Shown in pieces: positions 39,480 through 52,355 of a stretch of 64,000 bases of DNA. The notes under the pieces are model-generated. The model was not told where the DNA came from and did no database searches. It was given only the letters and a program-made list of their open reading frames with translations. The position numbers were made by a program, and so were the translations under genes. The DNA is from Vicugna vicugna. Taxonomy: Eukaryota. The stretch lies in contig MU057989.1 in assembly GCA_013265495.1 (NCBI GenBank), forward strand, positions 1,939,513 to 2,003,512, in the 5' to 3' direction. The number at the start of each line of letters is the position of its first letter. Positions within the stretch are counted from its first letter, which is position 1.

Positions 39480-40120
39480 GAGTGGGCGTGGACGCTGGGC
39501 CCAGTCCCCGCCCACCTCCCCGGCCAGGCCTGCGTGCCCACCCTCCGGCTCTCACCGATCACCGCGCCGACCCAGTCGTTCTTCAACCTGAAGGACAGTG
39601 GCGGTTCCTGACAACCAGCGACCCCAGGCTGCTGAAGGCCACAGGGGTCCCTCCAGCCGCCGACTCTGCCGCGCCTATGGCCTCCTCGCCCTCTCGGGTT
39701 CGTCTCCTCCGCCGACCTCCTTTCCAGAGCCCGAGACACTGCCTCGCCCCGCCCGGAAGCAACGACCCAAGAGGAGGCGTTGGCGCCTGCTTCCTGCCTG
39801 GACATGGTACCGGGAAGAAGATCCGGCACGTCCGACGTCGTTGCTGCTGCAGCCCTCGTCCGACCGACGTCGGGCTAGTCCACTAGGGCAACCACGCAGC
39901 TGCAAATCGAGGGCTGCGTGAGCCCCGCCCCGCCCCGCCCGCCCAGCCACGCGTCCATTGGTGGACGAGGCGCCATGGGCGGGGCCTGCGGGGCTCGCCC
40001 AATCCGCGCCATTTCTGCAGCGCGCAGGTTGGCGGAGACCGTGCGCCGCCCTTGCTCTTCCCCGGGGCTTTTGCACTTTGCCGCTCTGAACTCCTTTCTG
40101 TACCTACTTCCCGGGGCTCC
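39480..40120 (-). promoter_or_regulatory. DDX43: DDX43 CpG-island promoter
   Basis: CpG-rich; tandem GC boxes ~39923-39944; CCAAT ~39999. Confidence 0.8.
39556..39805 (-). CDS. DDX43: DDX43 (HAGE) DEAD-box helicase exon 1
   Basis: ATG 39805: MSRQEAGANASSWVVASGR...PLSFRLKNDWVGAVI G|gtgag; 250 nt; total spliced CDS 1932 nt, 643 aa. Confidence 0.95.
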
Positions 40121-41928
40121 AAAGCATCTCCTAATGTGATTCGTAAGCATCAGTCACTTTTAACACTGCGACCCAGTACAACACAAAAATTTGAAACAAA
40201 AGGTTGACAAAACAGTACTTACACCACCGCTACGTGAACAACACTTGGATGTAGTTACGCCTATATTCGTTTGTTAAATGTTGACTGTAATCCACAAGAT
40301 TGGGTGACCTGCAGTTTAAAAATCCCTGAACCGATAGATGCTGCTTCAAGGCTTCAAACAACACTTGACCTGAATGTTTGCTGTAATTTTAGGGCTAGTG
40401 AATAAATTGAATAAATACCTGAAGCAATCCTGAGATTGTAGGCTTGGCTCTGTGGCTAGACATGTTACTCCAGGGATGCAAGCCAGAAGGGAGTGACCCT
40501 GTTTTGATTAGGATCGTGGAATTGTCTGAACAAATCTCAGTCTGATCATCTATCTAGCATAGTAGACATCTATTATACTGCTAGACATGTGGTCTGTGCC
40601 CAGGATTGAAAAAAAAGTACTACTCCTGGTCCATCGGGGTTGAACGGGTTAACTCACATGGAATTAACTGTAACTCAATAAATCCTGGATTTACAGTGTT
40701 ATTGGAGCACCCAGGAAACACATAAAAAGATGAGTATTTTATATATTTAATCTCCATTTTCTAATCCTTACTGATATGGATTGTATTGATGATCTTTAAA
40801 AAGGAATTTTATTGGATTAGACTTGCCAATATTTTGTTGAGGATATTTGCATCTATGTTCACGAGAAATAGTTATGTACTTTATTTGCAATGTCTTTGTT
40901 TGGTTTTGGTATTAGGACAACGCCGGCCTCATAAAATGAGTTAGGAAGTTTTCCCTCTTCTATTTTTTAGAAGCTATTGTAGAAAATTGGTATACTTTCT
41001 TAAACGTATCTTAGAATTCACCAGTGAACACATCTGGGCCTGATTCTTTATGTTTTACAAGTTGTTAATTACGGATTTAATTTCTTTAATAAATGTCTTA
41101 TATGTAGTTCGTCTAATTTCTTCATACGTGAGTTTTGGCAGATTTCAAGGACTTGGTCCATTTCATCTAAATTATCAAACTTGTGGAGATTGACTTGTTC
41201 ATAGCATTCTTTTATTATCTTTTTAAAGTCCATGGGATCTGTAGTGAAGTCCCATCTTTCATTTCTGATACAAGTAATTTGTGTCTTCTCTTTTTTTTCT
41301 TAGTTTAGCCTGGCTAGAAGTGTATTAATTTTATTCAAAGAACTAGCTTTTGGTCTCACTGATTTTCTCTATTAATTTCCTGTTTTCAATTTCATTGATT
41401 TCTGCTCTAATTTGTATTATGTCTTTTCTTTTGCTTACTTAGGATTTAATTTGCTCTTCTTTTTCTAATTTCCTAAGGTAGAAACTTTGATGACCGATTC
41501 TACATCTTTCAAAACAAGAAAGACAAAGAGGGGTCTTGTCACTGGGCAAGGCCTCATGGGGTCCTGCTTGGTTTCACTATCTTTTAATTTCTCTTGAGAT
41601 TTCTTCTTTGACCCATGTGTTATTTAGAAGTGTGTTCTTTAATCTCTAAGTATCTGGGGATTTTCCAGCTATCTTTCTGGTGATTGCTGATTCAAAATTA
41701 ATGAGGTCTGAGAACATACATTATATGACTTCTATGCTTTTAAATTTGTTAAAGTGTGTTTATGGCCCCACATATGGTCTATCTTGGTGAATATTCCATG
41801 TAAGCTTGAGAAGAATGTGTATGCTGTTCTTGTTGGATGAAGCAGTCTGTAGATGTCCATTATAACCAGTCGATTGATGGTGCTGTTGAGTTCAATTATG
41901 TCCTTACTGATTTTCTGCCTGCTAGATA

Positions 41929-42553
41929 TGAGACAGGAAGGAAGGGGGCAGGGCACAGCCATTAAAGAAATGACACAGAAATTAGCACCAAGATGGCAGA
42001 AAAGTCAGCTCCCAATAGACCTGGAGGCCCAAGATGGCAGGAGAGCTGACCTTCAGTGGACCTTGAGCTTCATTATACACATTGTAATGTATTAGCATGG
42101 TGAATGACACACATACAGGTGCCACTACAGTTCCAAGGCTAACCATGGAAGGTCAAAGAGAGGGCATGGCCCAATTCCTGGGAATCCCGGCCCCTTCCTC
42201 AAAGTAGTTGGACTAATCCTGTCACTTCTTAGCATATAAAAACCAGCAACACCACACCTCATGGCCTCTCTTGCTCCCTCACCTTCCGAGATGGCCCACA
42301 CTCTGTATATGGAGTGTGTATCTCCTTTTCTTTAAACTAAACACCCAAGCCCATACCTCTTGGCCTTTCTCTCGCCTTCTGAGATGGCCTGCTCTCTCTC
42401 TATGGAGTGTACATCTCTTTAAATAAATCTGCTTTTAATCAACCACGGCTCACTCTTGAATTCTTTCCTTACTTGGTGGGTCACATCCCAGGGACTCGCC
42501 TGGGGCCTGGGACATGGCCACTCTCTCATGCCCCACATTTTTTTCCTGTATCA
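41929..42553 (+). mobile_element. ERV1-class solo LTR (625 bp)
   Basis: TG...CA ends; 4-bp TSD GATA/GATC; TATAAAA ~42235; AATAAA ~42422. Confidence 0.85.
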
Positions 42554-42863
42554 GATCAGTCCATTTCTGACAGAGGGTTGTTGAAGTCTCCAGCCACAAC
42601 TGTGGAGTCATCTGTCTCTCCTTGTAGTTCTATCAGTTTAGCCTCACATATTTTGATGCTTTGTTGTTAGGCATACACATGTTAAGGTTTGTTATGGCTT
42701 TTGGAGAACTGAGCCCTTTATTATAAAAATGTCCCTCTTTACTCTTGCTAATTTTCCTGGCTCTGAAGTCCAGCATTCTTAGTCTTCTCATGGACTTTTA
42801 ATAGTCTATAGATTTCTAAAGGCTTTTAATAGTCTTTCTCTATCCTTTTACTTTTAATTTATA

Positions 42864-43373
42864 TGAAACAGAGCAGGACCCTACAAAAGACTTTCCCTAT
42901 CCCCTGTTTGTTTGTAGGATGTATCTGTGAATTCTTCTGGAGGAACTAAGACCCATACTCAGGTGGAAGATGTAACTTCAGGCTGAGTACAAGATTCCTG
43001 AAGTACCACCCTGTTACCGCCTCACCACTGACTAATCAGAAGAAAGTCACACACCCTGCAGCTCTCATCCCAAATTCAAATCCCAATGAAGAACTTATAC
43101 AGGTCCTTATCAAACCCTTCTAAAAGATTAAAGAGGAGGGAACACTCCCAAACTCATTCTATGAAGCCACCACCACTCTGATGCCAAAACCAGACAAAGA
43201 TACTACTTAAAACTCTTCCTCCAAAACTATCAGGGAGTTCAGCTGTTCTGAGCATGAGCCACCCATTCTCCTTGCTCGGCCCTGCAATAAACCTCTCTCA
43301 ACTCCAAACTCTTGACCTTTTGGTTTGTCTGGTCTCACCGTGCATTGGGCTCATGAACTTGGGTTCAGCAACT
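42864..43373 (+). mobile_element. Solo LTR with internal L1 ORF2 fragment
   Basis: Starts TGAAACAGAGCAGGACCC; gcaataaa signal; ends gggttcagcaac; L1 resumes after it. Confidence 0.7.
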
Positions 43374-44184
43374 TGTATATGTCTTTATATTTAAAACAAG
43401 CTTCTAGTAGATAACATATTGTTGGGTCTTGTTTCTTGATCCACTCTGACTTTTAGATGGTATACTTGGACCATTAACATTAAAGTGATGACTGAAATAG
43501 TTGGATTAATGTCTGCCGTATTTGCTACTGTTCTCTATTTGTTGCCCTTGTTTTTTATTCCTGTTTTTTCCTTCCATTCTTTTCAACCTCTGTGGTTTTA
43601 ATTGTGCAAATTGATTATTTTTCTTCTCCTATCTTAGCACAACAATTACATTGTTTATTTTTAAATTGAGTTGTTTTATTACTGCATTTTAAGGGTTCAC
43701 TGTACACTTCATATACAAATCCTTTTTCAGAAATGTGTTTTGCAAACAGTTCCTTCATGTCTGTGGCTTGTCTTTTTATTCTCTTAGCAGTGTCTTTGAC
43801 AAAGCAGTTTTAAATTTTAAGTAGTGTCCTGCTTTCTGAAGAATTTTGTTCAGTTTATTCTGCCATACAAAGGTGAATTCTACCAAAAATTTAAGGAAGA
43901 AATACCAATGCTCTAAAATCTCTTCCAGAAAGTAGAAGAGGGAATACTTCCTAACCCAGTCTGTGAGGCCAAGAGTGAGCGCTAAGGTCAGCTATGGACT
44001 TTGGGTGGTAATGGTGTGCAGATGTGGGTTTATCATAGTAACAAGTGTACCAGTACGGTGAGGGATGTTGATGGTGAGGGAGGTCCTGTGTTGGGGGATG
44101 GGGGGAATAAATGAGGAATATATAGGAAATCTCTGTACTTTCTGCTCAATTTTGCTGTGCACTTAAAACTGCTCTATAAAAGTC

Positions 44185-44305
44185 TTTTGTGGGGGTAATT
44201 GGGTTTATTTATTTAATTATTTCTCTAATGGAGGGACTGGGGATTGAACCTAGGACTTCGTGCATGCTAAGCATGCACTCTACCACTCGAGCTACACCCT
44301 ACCCC
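44185..44305 (-). mobile_element. vic-1-like SINE
   Basis: SINE core; taaaagtctttt/taaagtctttt flanks. Confidence 0.85.
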
Positions 44306-46124
44306 TGTAAAGTCTTTTTTTTTTTTAAAGAAGAGTTTTGTGTCTGTCCAGCTTCCTTTTGTTTTGTTTTTAATTGGATCAGCTAATTCCTTTCCCTTGG
44401 GCAGCTGATTAGCAAAAGACAACATTCTGATGTTGTTTTTTCACTTGGTGAGAGGTGGTGACGAAAGGCACATGTGAGATGTTACTTCTAAGCAATATGA
44501 GTCCTTGTACTTTTCTGTGTTTTAAATTATTCATAAAATAGAGCAAAATGCATCCCCTGCCCAATCTGTGACACTAAGCCTTTGGCATAACCAGTCAGGA
44601 CTTAAAAGGGTGTTCACTACTTAAAAGTAGAAAATCCAGTGTGGCTGTGGGCTTTAAGGTCCAGTCTATCACATTTCCCCCAGACATGGACGGAAAAGTT
44701 AATAAAAAGGGTGAGTTCACAGGGACTTTGACCTGAGAGCCCCTGGAGGGTACACTTGCTTTTTGCAGACCCCAAAGGCCTCACTGGCTCTGGAGCAGGG
44801 CAGGGACTTGGCTTGCCCGGAAGGCAGAGGCTGATCTAGCCCCGGGCTGGGCCGCAGCTCCGTGTGCCCTGCACCCCCTAACCCAGAAGCCGCGCCCGCC
44901 TCTTCCCGCTGCCATCCGGGCTTGGATGACCCTTGATGCTCCTGTGTCCCCAGGCTCCAGAGACGACACCTCCTCAGTCCCAGCCGGGCCACGGCCCTCT
45001 CGCGTTCACAGGATGGCGGGGTTCCCAGAGGTGGATGGGGTCGCCTCTGCGCATCTCCAGGGACCCCAGCCAGTAGGAGCCACTGTCCCACCACGGGCGG
45101 CAAACACCCTCCACCCTCACCTCTGCTCCCAAAGCAGCGGGACTTTACGCACCGACCAAGATGTGCCTTCAGTGGGAATCGTGATTCTGGAAATCAGACC
45201 CTGTGGGTTTAACTTCTCCCCTGGTCCAGGGAGGAAGGCACTGTCTCAGGTAGGGTCCCGACAACCGGCCAGGCTCGTCTTCTCACTTAATTCTTGGAAA
45301 ACTCCTGTGAAGTGAGGTGGGTGTCCACGCTTCACAGACGGAGAAACTCAGGTCACGGAGGCCCTGCCCTCGGGACGCCAGGGGTTGCGATGCTGAAGCC
45401 GGGCGTGTCCCGCGGCTCCGCTTTGCCTCTCCAGGCCCCAGGGGAGCACTTCCCGGAGGAGGTGGGTAGAGAAAGGGGGAGGGGAGGAGGAGGATGTCAG
45501 CCTCCAGCTGCGATTCATGTGCCAAGAAAAACTACCGCCCACTCAATTAGGCTAGCTAGCTGTAGTTTTAAGATCATTATAGAACTGAGTTCACTGCACA
45601 CAATTTCAAAAAATAAAAACATAACCTAGAGATAAATTTATTCCCTCCAAATTTTTTTCCAGGGAAATTTCTGGAAGTTCTGGAAATTAGAAGCCATATA
45701 TTGTTTTGCATGCTGACTTTTCCCCTTAAATTTTATAAAATAGGCATTTCCCCGTGTTATACATGTAATTATTTATTATATACGTTGTTCTCTGTTTATA
45801 ATTTGTTTTTACCTTCATATTTTGGGGGCGGTGCATAGGGGAATTTTTTTCCAACTAAAAGAAGTTTTAATTCTAATTTAGTAAAAACTATTACTGCCTT
45901 TTTGTTTTGTTTTCAATGGTGACAGCATTTGGGCCATGATCTGGAGATTCTCTTTAGCCTCGGATTATATAAACATTGATCTAGACATTCTTCCTGCACT
46001 GCTCTTTAAAAGATGCAAGAATATTTATTCTCTTTCTGCAAAACTCTTATATCAGACAGGCATTCACATTTATTTCAAAATATTCAGTGTCCCAGCACTG
46101 TTTTGAAATGTTTCACTGTATTAT

Positions 46125-46150
46125 ACACACACACACACACACACACACAC
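46125..46150 (+). repeat. (CA)n microsatellite
   Basis: About 13 AC units. Confidence 0.9.
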
Positions 46151-46769
46151 GTTTCTGGAAGTTTATAGATGTGCCACAAAGGCAAGGAGATTGAGAAGGA
46201 CTTGTTTGTATTTTTCAAGGATGACTTTGGCTGCTTTATGGAGAACAGACTTTAGAGGGGGAAGATTTTGATCTGATGGGAAAGTTGTAACTTAAGTGTC
46301 TGTAAGGCCATGAGGAAGCCATTACAGAGGCAGGGGTGATGGCTTGGACTAGTTTCTTAGCTGTGGAGGCCATGAGAGGACCTCCTACTTGAGATACATC
46401 TTGAAGGTAGAGAAGATAGGATTTGTTTATGGTGTGAAATGTGTCACAAAAAAGTCAGTTTGGTGAATGGCGGTGACCTTTACTGAACAGGAGAGAACAT
46501 GGTAAGGGTAGATGTGGGTAGCAGGTTAAATGACAGCCCTATTATAGTGCAGGGGCCAAGGCGGGAGTTGAATAATACTAAATAAACATTTTACTTCTCT
46601 GTTATTCTCTGTGGTTTGATACAAATAAAGCTGAAAAAAAAAGCAATCTCTAAAGAGAATGAAATGTGTTTGTGATCTTTGAATAGTAATTTCATATCTG
46701 AGGTTCTCCCATTCCTAATGGAAATATTCATAACATGCAAAGAAGTTTTCTGTATGCAGATAATAAAAC

Positions 46770-47250
46770 AACTAATATTAATTGAGTGTTTGCTATTGGC
46801 TTGGCACAATCAAGGGCTTTAAATGTATTAACTAATTTAATCCTTACAACTCTAGGATGGAGGTACTATTATCCCCCCCCCCAGTTTATAGATGAAAATT
46901 GAAGAACTGAGAGACATCTTGTCCAAAGTTACACACTGCTAGTTAGTGGTAAGCAGTGAGTGTAGCCAGAGGGAAAGGGGAGTGGGGCAGGCTCCACAAT
47001 TCAGAGCACCTAGTTACTATCATCCGCAGAGTGTCCGAGGCGGGTCAAATGTGCCAAGTATATCATCGTGTACAGTGGAAATAATTTTTATTCAGCTAGG
47101 AAAATACTATGAGCCAGAAACTGTGCTGATCTCTTTGCTTGAAATCAATATATTCACTCTCCAGTACAATCCTATGAGTATTACCATTTTTTATTGTCCA
47201 TGTTTTACAGATGAGGAAGTCGAGGAACAGAGAAGTTAAATACACTGACT
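46770..47250. mobile_element. MIR fragments
   Basis: atttaatccttacaac...gtactattatccc...tttacagatgaggaa. Confidence 0.65.
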
Positions 47251-47384
47251 AGGAAGATGACTCTCTTTTGCCAACATACTTAGCGCAGATATTCTGGACT
47301 CTAGTTCTTTACGGAGTGTATAATTCAGTAATTTTAGAAATCATTACTGTAATGTAACTTTAGGACATGTCCATCACCCCCAGA

Positions 47385-48077
47385 AGTAAACAGATGGGGT
47401 AGGAGGTCCCCGGAGAAAGAGAACCAGGCATGGCTTTCTTGACATAAGAGAAGTCACTTTTGGCCTAAGCCAGGCCACAGTGTTTGCCATTGAACAGTGA
47501 TTTAATTAATGATCTTAAGGGAAGAAAAGAACACAGAAATGGGGGTTATAGCTCAGTGGTAGAGCACATGCTTAGCATGCATGAGGCCCTGGGTTCAATC
47601 CCCAGTTCCTCCATAAAAAAATAAAAGTAAAAAAGAGAGAGAATTAAAAAAAAAAAGAAAAGAACAGAACACAGAAACAAAAGACTGTCATCAGTCAAGA
47701 GAAATGAGCAATAGCAAAGATAATACGTCAGTTGTAAAGACTCTCAGTTCTGCTTCTACAGGTAAAAATTAGCCTGAAGCTCAACCACCAGATCAACTGG
47801 AACCCAAGGGATGATGGTGTTGACCTCTTCTGACCCTGCCGACTTCAATCTCCTAAAGCTTGCACTCTTCCCACCATCCAAGTCCCCTCATGAGTATGCA
47901 TGTACCCTTGGCCTGAAACTTCCCCAATTTTGCTACTGGGGAGACAGTGCTTTGGGAAAGATCCTTGGTTCTCTTTACTTGGTACAAGTAATCAATTCTT
48001 CCTTCTCCAGCCCTTTGGCCTGGTTGTATCTTCTGGCTTCAAACCCACCAGGAGGTGAACCCAGTTTTCAGGTTACA
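47385..48077 (+). mobile_element. Solo LTR containing a SINE at 47540-47665
   Basis: Ends cccagttttcaggttaca; interrupts an L1 3' end. Confidence 0.65.
47540..47665 (+). mobile_element. vic-1-like SINE
   Basis: tRNA-Ala-like head with A-rich tail; gaaaagaaca flanks. Confidence 0.85.
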
Positions 48078-48337
48078 AAACTTTCTGCCCATCTGTAGTC
48101 ACTCCCATTTGTAGCCGCAGGTCATCTACTTTCTGTCTCTATGGAGAAAGAAAGATTTTTGTATAAATGGAATTAGACAATATTTATCCTTTTGTGTCTG
48201 GGTTCCTTCACTTAGTATACTGTTTTCGGGGTTCATCCATGCTATAGCATGCACCAATATTTCCTTCTTTTTAATTGCCAAATGGTGTCCCATTGTGTGA
48301 CTATGGTACATTTTATTTATTCATTAATTATTAATGG

Positions 48338-48794
48338 TGTGAAATAAAATTCACATTTTATGGCAAAGCACAAAAAATTTAACTGTAAAACGTGTTCTCT
48401 GCCCTCTGGCCTCCTCTCCCCTCACTGTGCATCATGTATCTGCCTTATGTATCAACCAGCCCCTCCCCACTGGCAGAAATACCTGCTCAGCCATAAAGAG
48501 CGATGTTCTCCTAGCATCAACAAGACAGCTCCTTCAAAGATAACACACCCTCTTGGCCTTGTGATGGGCCTCCAACGAGGTTAGATCTGGATTGTGTAAA
48601 CTGCCAATAATACGTCACTTAATGTACAGCCCTCTGTCTCAGAAAACGTACTTAACTGTGTTTTGACTTTTAGTGGGTGGAATAGTCCTTGGAGTTTTCT
48701 GAGATTCTGTTCCTGTGTTACAATCCTCAAATCTGGCTGGAATGAAATTTTCCACTTCCTTCATAGATTGACTATTGATTACTTTTTATCAACA
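48338..48794 (+). mobile_element. ERV1-class solo LTR (457 bp)
   Basis: TGTG...AACA with perfect 4-bp TSD ATGG (48334-48337 and 48795-48798) inside an L1 remnant. Confidence 0.85.
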
Positions 48795-49589
48795 ATGGAC
48801 ATTTGGGTGGTTTTCATTTTGAATGTCATGAAAAAATGCTATGAACATTTGCTTTTCAGACTTTGTGTTTTCATTTGTCTTGGGTGGATATCTAGGACTT
48901 TCCCAAGGCGGCAACACCTTCCAGCATCCGTACCAGCAATGTATGCGTTTCTGTTTGAGGGGTGGGCCGGGGGCAGAAAGTTGACAGAGCCCGTCTGAAA
49001 GCCCCGTCCCAGGGGACCCTGGAGGACTTGGCAACAAGGCTTTTCCTCTGATGTTTAATTCTCTTGCCCAATGTTCATTTTACTTTACTTTTTCTTAATC
49101 ATCAGCTCTTGGTGTAATGCAAAATTTCAACCATGAAAAATTACATTCCAGAAGTCATTTATGCCCTGTTTTACTTTGTCTTGGAGTTGGGGACTGCCCC
49201 TTTTCTAAGAGCATATGTTTACTTCTTGTTCCTTTATTTCCTCCCGTCTTCAAGGATTGAAAGCATTTAACACAGGACTCTAGAGTGTAAGTATCTCATT
49301 GGTTACATGTCATTAGCATTGTATATACAATATTATTTGAACTTTAAAGTTTATACCCAAACTATTCATCAACTGAGAGAAGATTAAAAATATTAAACAT
49401 GAAAAGCCTCAAAAACATAGTAGATTGAAACATAGAGCATTCATCAAGCACCATGCCAAAATCCCTCTAAATGACAGTAAAGATTGTTGAAAGACAAAAA
49501 TACACAAGGATAAAGAATGGGTGAGAATAAGGCAGCAACAGGAAAAAAAAATACAAGAAGCTGGAAAGCAGATGAAAGTGCGCTATGCG

Positions 49590-49781
49590 GGCTGCCTTTC
49601 TGCCCGCCCCCCTCCCCCCCGGAGACAGCCCACACTGTCTGTGGAGTGGGCACCTATTTTCACTTTAACCTGAGCACCCAGCCCCCACACCTCGTGGTCT
49701 TTCTCTTGCCTTTTGGAACAGCCTACATTCTATACAGTATGTATCTCTCTAAATAAATCAATCTTTACTAAAAAAAAAAAA
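49590..49781 (+). mobile_element. Poly(A)-tailed retrocopy of LTR R region (copy A)
   Basis: Homologous to ~42285-42440; AATAAA 49752; A12 tail; 15-bp TSD. Confidence 0.8.
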
Positions 49782-50529
49782 GTGGGCTATGTGATTTAGA
49801 CCAGAGGAAGCTGAAAAGGAAGCCCTGAGGAGGGCTGCTCCTGCTGTAGAAGCCCCCTCAGCCTGAGGAATGAGAGGCAGCACGCGCCTCTGAAGCGGGG
49901 ACGAGGGGAGAAGGGTTAGCTGAAAGTCTACGTAAGACGCAGAAAGACTGCCCCCCACCTTCAATCTGTTCTCGGCCCCCACCGAAAGACCATCTGAAAA
50001 AGACAGAACCAGGAAGATTCTGGACTCTGGGCTCACAGTGCTGTAAGAGCAAAGCGGAGCAAGAGCAGGCAAGACAGTGCAAGGCCTCTGCCTCGGCCGG
50101 CTGCGGACCCCCGGGACATGGGCGGGGAAGTGGACAGTCCTTCCCGGGGAAACGGATTCGTTCAAGAGAACAAAACTCCGATGCTGACACTGGGGAGGAA
50201 GAGCCTGGCTTCTGGTGAGATCAGCAACCCTTTGGAACAAGACCCCGCTCTGGAAATGGGAGAGGGGTGGGCTGTGCTGCTGGTGGGCCAGTAAACTAAG
50301 TGAGTTTGCCCTCCAGGTGACCTTTCTGTAGCTAAAGTTTACAGACTATTGAGATAGATTATTTCACACTGAAGTCCTGGAGTCAGAAGGCTAACCCCTG
50401 CCTTACAAATCTGCCAGTCAAGACTTTTAGAGATCAACTCTTAAAGGACTAGCCATATATAGTGAGCAGATTTTCTAAGAAAATCTCTGACACAAAAGAA
50501 AACCCCATATAACATGGACAAGTTAAGGA

Positions 50530-51800
50530 ACTTTTGGATACACTCTTACTTCCCAGCGAGGGGGCTGTTATAAACACAAGTCCCAAGTAAAAAGACAGAT
50601 TATGGAAGCCAAAGAAAATGCTTCAGCAGATCATTATGCCAAAGAAACCACTTTCACCAAGGTTATGATCCTATCTCAGCCTTCAGAGGATAAATTACAA
50701 GAGGACATCATAAAATATCAATATTTAGCCTCTGACTCTAAAAAGGAAGAATGAGAAAGTCTGGCTGTATCCTTTGCTCAGATCATCCCTGGCACTCTCA
50801 AGATGGCCATTTGGTGGTTCTAAATGATTTCAAATGGCTATTTGTTAAATTTTCCCATGAAACTACCCATTATGGAATAGACAAGTTGGTTACTATCTTA
50901 AATCAACATTGATGGAGAAACTTTAAAAAGAAAGCTAAGGCTATCTTCAGATTGTGTGCCACCTGTCAACAACATAATCCTGAAAAAACCGTGAAGGTGG
51001 GACATGGCCAGGAACCAAAGCCTCAAGGGCCCTCTGAAGGCCTTCAGATAGGCTATCCAGCTTTCACCCTCCAAGCGTGTGACTATGTTTAGTTACCGTT
51101 ATGTCTAGTTTCAGAATGAAGTAAAGCATTTTCTTGCTGAAAAGTTACAGCCTTTCTAGTCATTGGGAAGCTGCGTGATTTTGTGCTTCTAACCGGGGAA
51201 CATCCCAACTTTCATATCAAGTGACTGAGGCACACACTTCATGGAAATAGCTATAAAAGAAGTTTGCAAGGTGTTATCTCTTACTCAAAAATTACAATTC
51301 CTGGAAAGGTTGAAAAGATCAATGACATCCTTAAATTAAAATTAGCAAAACTTTCAGAAACTCTTGAGTTCACTTGGCTGGAAGTACTCCCACTAGCCCT
51401 TATGGCCATTCAGTCTCCTCCCTCAAGGACGCACTGGTCATCCTTCTGTGGATTGGTAGCTGGAAGGCCCATGTGTTTAGAGATTTCCTTCCCAATGCTA
51501 GACTCTGCTGACTGCATGCAGGCAGGGCAAAATGTTGCAAGGGCCTCATGTCCTATACCAGTCCTATCACCAACACGTTAAGACCACCCTCCCACAGCAT
51601 CTTCCTAAATTGTCTCTTCATGATCCTCAACCAGGAGATTTCATCTACAGGAAGAAATACCAGAAAAAAACTGCTCCTTAATCTTGTTGGAAGGGACTTT
51701 ATCAGATGCTGTTAACAAGTGAACAGTGAAACTCCAAGGAGCCAATACTTGGGTTCATGTTTCACAACCAAAAAAAGCAATTCACAGTTGCACACAATTG
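50530..51800 (+). mobile_element. Degenerate ERV (class I-like) pol integrase remnant
   Basis: HETTHYG...CATCQQHNP (HHCC), ISSD*GTHF, GKVEKINDILKLKL...WLEVLPLAL...GRPM, LQGANTWVHVS; many stops and frameshifts. Confidence 0.85.
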
Positions 51801-52204
51801 GAAAACAACTGCAATATGGGACCTCAAACTCAGGATTCCCAGAGGTCCTCCAGAAGTGAGTCTTGGGAAGCAGACAGCTGGAGCAAACAGATGACCTCAG
51901 ATAATCCTTGGTCTGCTGTTGGGCCAAGATACCTATCTAATCCCTGTTTTGTTTTTTATCTGCTTGTTGATAATCATTCTTTACATTTTTTATAGAGCCC
52001 TTGTTGTCATCCATCCGTAATGGTCTTTTCTCTTTTTTCCCCCTTATTATAAATGTTGGGTCAGAATATACTCATTCTAATGCCATTCTTAGATTATCCT
52101 GAACAGTACCCACTGCTCTCAATCATATGGACAGCTGGGTATGATATCCATTACCGACCATCAGAATGATGGTGTTTCCGTTGGCACCCATGTGGACAAT
52201 TGAC

Positions 52205-52355
52205 CTTTTTAAAATTAATTAATTAATTAATTAATTATGCAGGGTGGATATTTAGGTTTTTATTTATTTTATTTTTAGAGGAGGTCCTGGGGCTTGATCC
52301 CAGGACTTCGTGCATGCTAAACACACACTCTATCACTTGAGCTATACCCTCCCAC
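52205..52355 (-). mobile_element. vic-1-like SINE
   Basis: SINE core; attgacctt flanks. Confidence 0.85.

Larger units (their letters stand above)
40805..43800 (-). mobile_element. Old L1 (ORF2 endonuclease region), interrupted by LTRs
   Basis: Peptide DIYRLLHPTRTAYTFFSSLHGIFTKIDHMWGHK (L1 EN domain) at 41732-41962. Confidence 0.85.

Noticed and set aside
39806..39829. GTG-initiated N-terminal extension of DDX43
   Set aside because: ATG 39805 has good context (accATG) and matches the recalled orthologous start.
45070..45240. Possible OOEP exon 1 relic (atcagaccctgtgggttt, IRPCGF, versus IRPWWF)
   Set aside because: Short scattered matches with the wrong spacing in GC-rich DNA and no exon 2 or 3 counterpart; likely chance.
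47541..47613. Apparent tRNA-Ala(AGC) gene
   Set aside because: Followed by an A-rich tail, flanked by direct repeats inside an LTR, and one of ~24 similar copies, so it is a SINE head.
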